Of a stretch of 56,517 nucleotides of DNA, positions 49,050-56,517 are shown in pieces. The notes under the pieces are model-generated. The model was not told the origin of the DNA. It was given only the letters and a program-made list of their open reading frames with translations, and made no database searches. Positions within the stretch are counted from its first letter, which is position 1, and every line of letters starts with the position of its first letter. The stretch comes from Spongospora subterranea f. sp. subterranea (Eukaryota): positions 1 through 56,517 of the forward strand of contig JAUGWO010000047.1 in assembly GCA_049724395.1 (NCBI GenBank), written 5' to 3'. Both the position numbers and the translations under genes were made by a program.

Positions 49050-51510
49050 CCCAATACAGATATCATAGTATGGAAAAGGTGGTAATGATTTCTGTAGAGC
49101 AATAAGCCCAAGATAAGATCGAACATGTAAAATGGCTCAAGGCGTCGGTTCTATCCGGTAGATGTATCAGTAATGATCCAGCAATGTCTGCGAGGACTCG
49201 ACCTGCCGATTTCTTACATTGTTGAAAGACTCTTTGGAATTAAATATTACAGTGAGGGAAGTGATTGATCGTCATATTCTAGGGAATTCGAGAGCTCAAA
49301 ACGATCACATGAATTCAGGATCAGGCGATTGGTTGAAGATGTGAGTCTGGACACCAATATTATCACATTTAGCAGATGAATCTGATTGCCGCACAACCAT
49401 TTCAATGTTTGAACGAATCTCACGCGCTCTGGGAGAATCAACTATGTTCCAAACGTGACCGCACAATAATCGTTTACCTTTCACGAACACGCAAACAGAA
49501 AATAAATCGAATGACCATCAGAGAGAGACTTTAAGAGCAGAAATTGTTGATTAACGTTTAAAGAGGGACAAACAGAAGTCTGAACGTGACAATAATGTCC
49601 ACTATAAAGGGGGAATACGCTCCTACAAACCTGGCACCAAAATGTCGACCTCAAACACCAAAAAAAAACAAAGAGATCTAGGGAATTCGAGAGCCGCTGT
49701 CACACAAGATATTGGTGTAAATCAAAACGAATAGGAATTATTGTCAATAGTCATTCTCTATCTTGTCAGTGAGATGTTCAGCATATGCCAATGTTGCTGA
49801 TTGACCGTGTTTGGGAGTGAAACCTTTGATGATTGTTTGCAACCCTAGTAAGTTCGGTTTGATTCATTATCATTCAATTAGTAAAAGGACACAATTCCAT
49901 TACCAAGTGGCGAGCGTATATCTTCTAGTGCCAAGACGAATCTTTGTGTCAAAGCTCATTTGCAGGCCAACGCAGCACCAACAACCATGACGCCATATAG
50001 GCGAAAGGTCACCTCAAAGCCTTTCCGATAACGCGCCGAAATTCTTCCAGATAACCAAATCCAAACTTGGATCTATACAACATTGACAGCTTGAATTAGA
50101 CACAAATGGAATTCGCCTTTGAAAAAAGAAGTCAACAAACGCAACAGAAAGCGTTAAACGCTCTGACAGCGTTAAAATGATTTTGTGTTTGGTCAAAAAT
50201 TGGGAGTTGGGTTTTTTATCATTATGAAAACGATGGTGTTGATTGTTTTTGGTGAGTCCCGGTCCTCGACGTGGTCGACCTTGTTTGGTGAGTTATTGGA
50301 GGTTCAACCATTATCTAACCTTGGGATGACCGAAATCATATTGACAGATATCAGATTCCTTTCTGTCTGTTCCAGGACAGTAATCGCGACTGAACTTGCG
50401 GTAGGATACTGATTCTCCCCATTTTCGAACAAATTCCTCAACACTCCCAGCGCAATGACGATGTAAACAATTGTAAACAGGACGGCATTTGCAGATGAAA
50501 GAGATTAAACCCGGATGAGGCGATCTCATTGATGCTGTCTTCGCAATCACGAACTGCTCATACTTTTCGAAAACTTCGGAAAGGGCTGAGAGGAGGTCTC
50601 GGGTTGATCTAAGGGGAAGATTAAATCTTGCTGGAATATCAAATGGTGGCTCAGTCGATCCGCATTTGATGGACTCCAAGCCTTGACATTTCTTCCTGCC
50701 GAATTTCGAATGTACGAATCCATGGCCCCACTTCCGAATCCACTCATTGACATTTTGGCCACAATGATGAACAAAGCACCCCCAAATGGGTTTCGGAGAC
50801 TCGATATAATATGATCGGAAAACCTGTCGAGCCATTGTGCCACTTGACCGGTATTTGTCGTTGAATTTCCAGCATTCATAGAGTTTTTCTTCTGCAGTTT
50901 TTGAATTTAAAACAGCAAGAGCAACAGCTTTGAGATCCAATAAACCGGAGTCTTTGTCTCTGAAAGCACAAATGTTCATCAGTTTTTCTGAAAAATGGCA
51001 AATGAAAACCTGTTTTCAGGGTTTCTGGCGATTTTCGACATCAGGGAGCCGCAGGATTGATGATTTGATCTTAGACCCGGGCAGCATTTCCATCCAAAAC
51101 TACTGTGCTTGAAACGCTTTCCCCAACGTCCCTGGAACAGGTCGATGTCTTTGCGGCAACATGTCACAAGACATTGAAGGACGGGAATACAGACGTACTT
51201 GAGACAATAAAACACCTTAGGACTAATACTGCACCCCGATTTTCTGCAAGAGACCAGTTTCAAAACGAAATTCGAAATTACGATGAGTTTTTGCAAGGTG
51301 CTGGTTGCCTTGACAATTTGCCTAGGGTCAGGAAGATCGATGTTGCTTTGTCCGACCTCAATCTTATGTCGCCTCGACTTTTTAGGCACCAGTAATTCAA
51401 TCAATTGTTCCGTTATGGCGACACTGTTGTCAAACTCGATTTGTTCAGGATTTGTCTCCTTTCCCTAAGCAGACGATACCGTTTGTGATCATCAAATCCC
51501 AGAAAAAGCG
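49050..51510. repeat. Segmental duplication copy A (copy B runs from 53460 to the window end)
   Basis: Long high-identity match, with an internal ~300-bp inversion and a ~560-bp indel. Confidence 0.93.
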
Positions 51511-51639
51511 GCGAACCAGAGTTCTGACCAGAAACAAACAAAGGCTATCATGGTCTTTGACTTCATTCATGTTCCAGTTTAAGAGCGGACAGATCACTCT
51601 GAATCCCAACAAGTACTTGGAATTACGGAAATAAACCAT
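50311..51639 (-). CDS. Spliced hypothetical protein with three copies of a Cys/His-rich ~85-aa domain (introns 51465-51516, 50960-51009)
   Basis: Both ~50-nt GT-AG introns join the ORFs in frame (VRTL|GKETN; PENR|DKDSG). Repeat consensus P..C...hC......F..kWG.......F....C.G. Start uncertain. Confidence 0.7.
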
Positions 51640-51849
51640 TTTGCGAGTTTGCTGCGGAAATCCATCCTATTACGACATAATTCAGATATTGGTAATCACG
51701 ATTATCGGCAATCGCTTACTGGCACGAAAATCTCACGAACGTCAACTGGCTGGTTGTTCGGATTTATCGTATTTTCGATGCGGCAATCGAAAGATGTGGC
51801 CTCATCAACACTTTCAATTGACTGTTGACCATCAATACTGATATAGGAT

Positions 51850-52930
51850 GCATCACGATTTAAACTCGTGCTCGGGTTGGAATCCTAAGTCTAACTCAGC
51901 AAATATCAAGCACAATTTGGACATGAACTGAACGGCTAAGTTTCTGGAAGAACTGTCACCAAACTGGTGTGCGTTTCTGTTATCGGGTACGAGATTCGCG
52001 AGAAAGTCTTTTGACTGTAACATTTCCGAAGCAATAGGAATTTGATTCAAATCGATAAGGCAATCGAGGTTCTCGCGCTCTTGGATCAACTGTTGAGAAT
52101 CGATACTGATATGGATCGTGTGAAGTTTCGAACCCGGACTCGAGTCCCATTCCTAAAGAACAACTTAACAAGCCGAATATCCATATGAAGAGGAGCTGAA
52201 CGACTTCATTCATCGAAGAACTGTCACCAAACTGGTGCGCGTTTCTGTTATCGGGCACGAGATTCTCGCGAAAGTCAATTGACGGCAAAATTTCCGAATC
52301 AATAGGATTTCGATTTAGATCGATGAGGCAATCGGGGTTGTCGCCCTTTTGCCTCAACTGTTGAGAATCGATACTGATATGGGACGCGTCAAGTTTCGAC
52401 CCCGGGCTCGAGTGCCATTCCTACAAAAGCACTTAATAAGCCGAATCACTATATGAAGTTGAACTGAACGACTACATTCATCGAAGAACATTCACCAAAC
52501 TGGTCGACACGATTGATGTTGCAAAAATCCAGCGCCAACAGGCAATTGCCTGGCAGCACATTTGAATTCAATGTCAAATATTCGAATGCTGGATAGTGTA
52601 AACCTTGGGTCTTGGTGTTGACAATTGCCAACTCCTGCGACGACGACATGGTGTCCTGCAAGGATTAATGATCTCAGAAATTGGCCATTCTTTGGAGCGA
52701 TATTCCGCCATCCATACCGATAAAGTCGAGGAGGTGATTATTGTGGCGGCATTGGCCTGACCGGAGCGAAGCGGTTCACCCCAATCATGACAAGATTTCT
52801 GGTGTCACAGATCGAGTCGGTCTGATCGCCACCAGCAGCAATCCCAACAAGTTGAGGACCCGCATTGGAGGAATGGGATGGCGCAACAGTAACGCGGTTC
52901 GCCAAGAACAAGGATGAGTTCAGAGTCAAG
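51850..52930 (-). pseudogene. LRR-like pseudogene with ~268-bp internal tandem repeats
   Basis: FEYLTLNSNVL and LIDLNQIPI...NAHQFGDSS; repeat units start near 51924, 52193 and 52461. Confidence 0.5.
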
Positions 52931-53459
52931 GATGAGACGAACGGTTCTGTAGGTCAATAGGTGTCATACACACACCGGTTCAGATACCCGATTATCATCT
53001 CCCACCTATTCAGCATTCCTACTGTGATTTAGATCTGTAATTGATAGGTGCGTTGTTCTCATACATGCTGCATAACCTTTTGCCTAGCCAATGTCGTAGG
53101 AAAGAGGCACATTCAACCTGCCATGTTTGGTTCAATCTGTGGGAGCAAATAATGGCGGGTAGTTATCTCATTGTTTCGTTTTAAGAACGCCCTTCAATCT
53201 TCATATCCCGGCATCGTAATAGATTTTTTTTTGTGATTGCCTTCAGCACATTTGTGTGTTAGTTCTGAGTACCCATATCTAGTCTAGGGCCAAATGACGA
53301 TTGGGCCCAAACTCATATGTTTGTGATAAGGACCTTCGCTATACGTTTAATCAGCAGTCTGTTTTAGAACAATAGTTCACTGGTTAACAAACACTATTGA
53401 CTCTACCACACTACCTAATGCTGTGACCAGTGTAGTGTGAGGTTGGGAACACCCGACTC

Positions 53460-56400
53460 GCCCAATACAGATATCATAGTATGGAAAAGGTGGTCATGAT
53501 TTCTGTAGAGCAATAAGCCCAAGATAAGATCGAACATGTAAAAGGGCTCAAGGCGTCGGTTCTATCCGGTAGATGTATCAGTAATGATCCAGCAATGTCT
53601 GCGAGGACTTGACCAGCCGATTTCTTACTTTGTTGAAAGACTCTTTGGAAGTAAATATTACAGTGAGGGAAGTGATTGATCGTCATATTCGGCAAAATCA
53701 GAGTTCAAAACGATCACATGAATTCAGGATCAGGCGATTGGTTGGAGATGTGAGTCTGGACACCAATATTATCACATTTAGCAGATGAACCTGATTGCCG
53801 CACAACCATTTTTATGTTTGAACGAATCTCACGCGCTCTGGGAGAATCAACTATGTTCCAAACGTGACCGCACAATAATCGTTTAACTTTCACGAACACG
53901 CAAACAGAAATGAATCGAATGACCATTAGAGAGAGACTTTAAGAGCAGAAATTGTTGATTAACGTTCAAAGATGGACAAACAGAAGTCTGAAGGTGACAA
54001 TAATGTCCACTATAAAGGGGGAATACGCTCGTCAGTTGGTAATGGAATTGTGTCCTTTTACAAATTAAATGATAGTGTATCAAACCGAACAATAATAGGG
54101 TTGGAAAAATCATCAAAGGTGAGCCAATATCTTATAAGGTAATGATCTTCAGTTGATTTCACTCCCAAACACGGTCAATCAGCAACATTGGCATATGCTG
54201 AACATCCCACTGACAAGATAGAGAATCACTATTGACAATAGTTCCTATTACACTCTTTTTGATTTACACCAATATCTTGTGTGACAACGGCGCAAGATCA
54301 CAGCAGATCTCTTTGCTGGTTTTGGTGTTTGAGTTCGGCATTTTGTGTCAGGTTTGTAGAACCTATATCAACTAGTGCCAAGACGAATCTTGGTGTCAAA
54401 GCTCATTTTCCAGACATAATCACCTTCGGTGAATGTTGTGCAGTCTGACCGACATTGTGATAGTGTGAGGTTGATCCCATGATCCGACTCACTAAAACCC
54501 CTAATCATTGGACCTGTTCGGAACGCCACAATGCCTTGAACCCAAATCGCATCATTACAAATCAGCTGTCTATTGTTCCCTGAGGTTCGTTCCTCCCATG
54601 CTCAATCTGCGCTCTACTTCTGTATCAGCTGGCCAACCTTAGGGGTTCCCAAAATCCCAGCCCACACGGTTTTTGAACTCAGATCTTACACTGACCTGGT
54701 CCTACCTGCCACCAACCGGGACAGACAGAAACCAAGCTCAACAGCAGATCTCTCATGAATTGTGGTTCTCGTGCAAACTGATCAGGAGTTCGCACGCTGT
54801 TTCAATTGAAAACAACTGCAAATTACTTCGGCAGAAAAAGGGAAAACTTGTTAAAATGGCAAACAAAAATATAAAGTTGAACTGGCCCAATCATATTCAA
54901 TACTTCGGCGAACCAATTTCGATAACTACAAGTACACAGCAAAATCAGCACCGGCGCCATTTTCGACCAGGCCAACGCAGCACCAACAACCATGACGCCA
55001 TATAGGCGAAAGGTCCCCTCAAAGCCTTCCCGATAACGCGCCGAAATTCTTCCAGATAACCAAATTTAAACTTGGATCTATACAACATTGACCGCTTGAA
55101 TTAGACACAAATGGAATTCGCCTTTGAAAACAGAAGTCAACAAACGCAACAGAAAGCGTTAAACGCTCTGACAGCGTCAAAATGATTTAGTGTTTGGTCA
55201 AAAATTGGGAGTTGGGTTTTTTATGATTATGAAAACGATGGTGTTGATTGTTTTTGGTGAGTCCCGGTCCTCGACGTGGTCGACCTTGTTTGGTGAGTTA
55301 TTGGCGGTTCAACCATTGTCTACCCTTGGGATGACCGAAATCATGTTGACAGATATCAGATTCCTTTCTGTCTGTTCCAGGACAGTAATCGCGACTGAAC
55401 TTGCGGTAGGATACTGATTCTCCCCATTTTCGAACAAATTCCTCAACACTCCCAGCACAATGACGATGCAAACAATTGTAAACAGGACGGCATTTGCAGA
55501 TGAAATTGCTTAAACCAGGATGAGGCGATTTCATTGATGCTGTCTTCGCAATTACGAACTGCTCATACTTGTCGAAAATTTCGGGAAGCGCTGAGAGGAG
55601 GTCTCGGGTTGATTTATGGGGAAGATTGAATCTTGCTGGAATATCAAATGGTGGCTCGGTCGCTCCGCATTGAAGGGACTCCAAGCCTTGACATTTCTTG
55701 GTGCCGAATTTCGCATGCGGAAATCGATGGCCCCATCTCCTAATCCACTCTTTTACATTTTGGCCACAGTGATGAACAAAGCACCCCCAAATGGGTTTCG
55801 GAGACTCGACATAAAATGATCGGAGAACCTGTCGAGCCATTGTGCCACTTGACCGGTATTTGTCGTTGAATTTCCAGCATGCATAGAGTTTTTCTTCTGC
55901 AGTTTTTAACTTTGAAACAGCAAGAGCAACAGCTTTGAGATCCAATAAACCGGAGTCTGTGTCTCTGAAAGCACAAATGTTAATCAGTGTTTCTAAAAAA
56001 TGGCAAATGAAAACCTGTTTTCAGGGTTTCTGACGATTTTCGTCATCAGGAAACCGCAGGAGTGATGATTTGATTTTAGACCCGGGCAGCATTTGAATCC
56101 AAACCTACTGTGCTTGAAACGCTTTCCCCAACGTCCCTGGAACAGGTCGATGTCTTTGCGGCAACATGTCACAAGACATTTAAGGACGGGAACACAGATG
56201 TACTTGAGACAATCAATCATTTTACGCCTAATACTGCACCCCGATTTTCTGCAAGAGACCAGTTTCAAAACGAAATTCGAAATTACGATGAGTTTTTGCA
56301 AGGTGCTGGTTGCCTTGACAATTTGCCTAGGGTCAGGAACATCGACGTTGCATTGTCCGACCTCAACCTTATACCGCCCCGACTTTTCGGGCACCAGTAG

Positions 56401-56517
56401 TTCTATCATTTGTTCCGATATGGCGACACTTCTGTCAAACTCGATTTGTTCAGGATTTGTCTCCTTTCCCTGAGCAGACGATACCGTTTGTGATCATCAT
56501 TTTGAGAAAAAGCGGGA
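53460..56517. repeat. Segmental duplication copy B
   Basis: Matches 49050-51510; begins with a decayed LRR-like stretch (53460-54030, equivalent to 49050-49620). Confidence 0.93.
55298..56469 (-). CDS. Second copy of the triple Cys/His-domain gene (intron 55965-56014; 5' exon off-window)
   Basis: Paralog of 50311-51639 with the same intron position and open frames. Confidence 0.7.

Noticed and set aside
51105..51395. 96-aa antisense ORF conserved in both duplicates (also 56110-56400)
   Set aside because: Non-ATG start, and its conservation is explained by the recent duplication of the opposite-strand gene.
1..56517. Fanzor/TnpB, rRNA or tRNA genes
   Set aside because: No RuvC motifs or recognisable structural RNA seen by eye; covariance-model searches were not run.

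Overview
Eukaryotic, transposon-dense window. It has GT-AG introns, several only about 46-52 nt. The mix of short introns, 7TM, ankyrin and LRR families suggests a protist such as a plasmodiophorid, but this is low-confidence inference. Most of the window is nested, decayed Ty3/Gypsy and Ty1/Copia fragments plus DNA transposons: a DD39D mariner, a pogo-like DDE_1 transposase with an N-terminal OTU-like domain, and a possible Crypton-type ORF at the left edge. The stand-out is a complete 3,682-bp piggyBac-like element (15116-18797). It has CCCTGATG...CATCAGGG ends, a non-TTAA 4-bp target duplication (ATAG) inside a Gypsy integrase, and four copies of a 21-bp palindrome. Its ~1,057-aa transposase carries a SAP plus YqaJ/lambda-exonuclease module (~400 aa) inserted between the second and third catalytic aspartates. 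Host-type genes are a four-copy array of intronless 7TM GPCR-like genes, a spliced gene with two TM + Coa1/Tim21-like modules, ankyrin and LRR pseudogenes, and a duplicated spliced gene built from three copies of an unrecognised Cys/His-rich domain. No rRNA, tRNA or CRISPR array was found.
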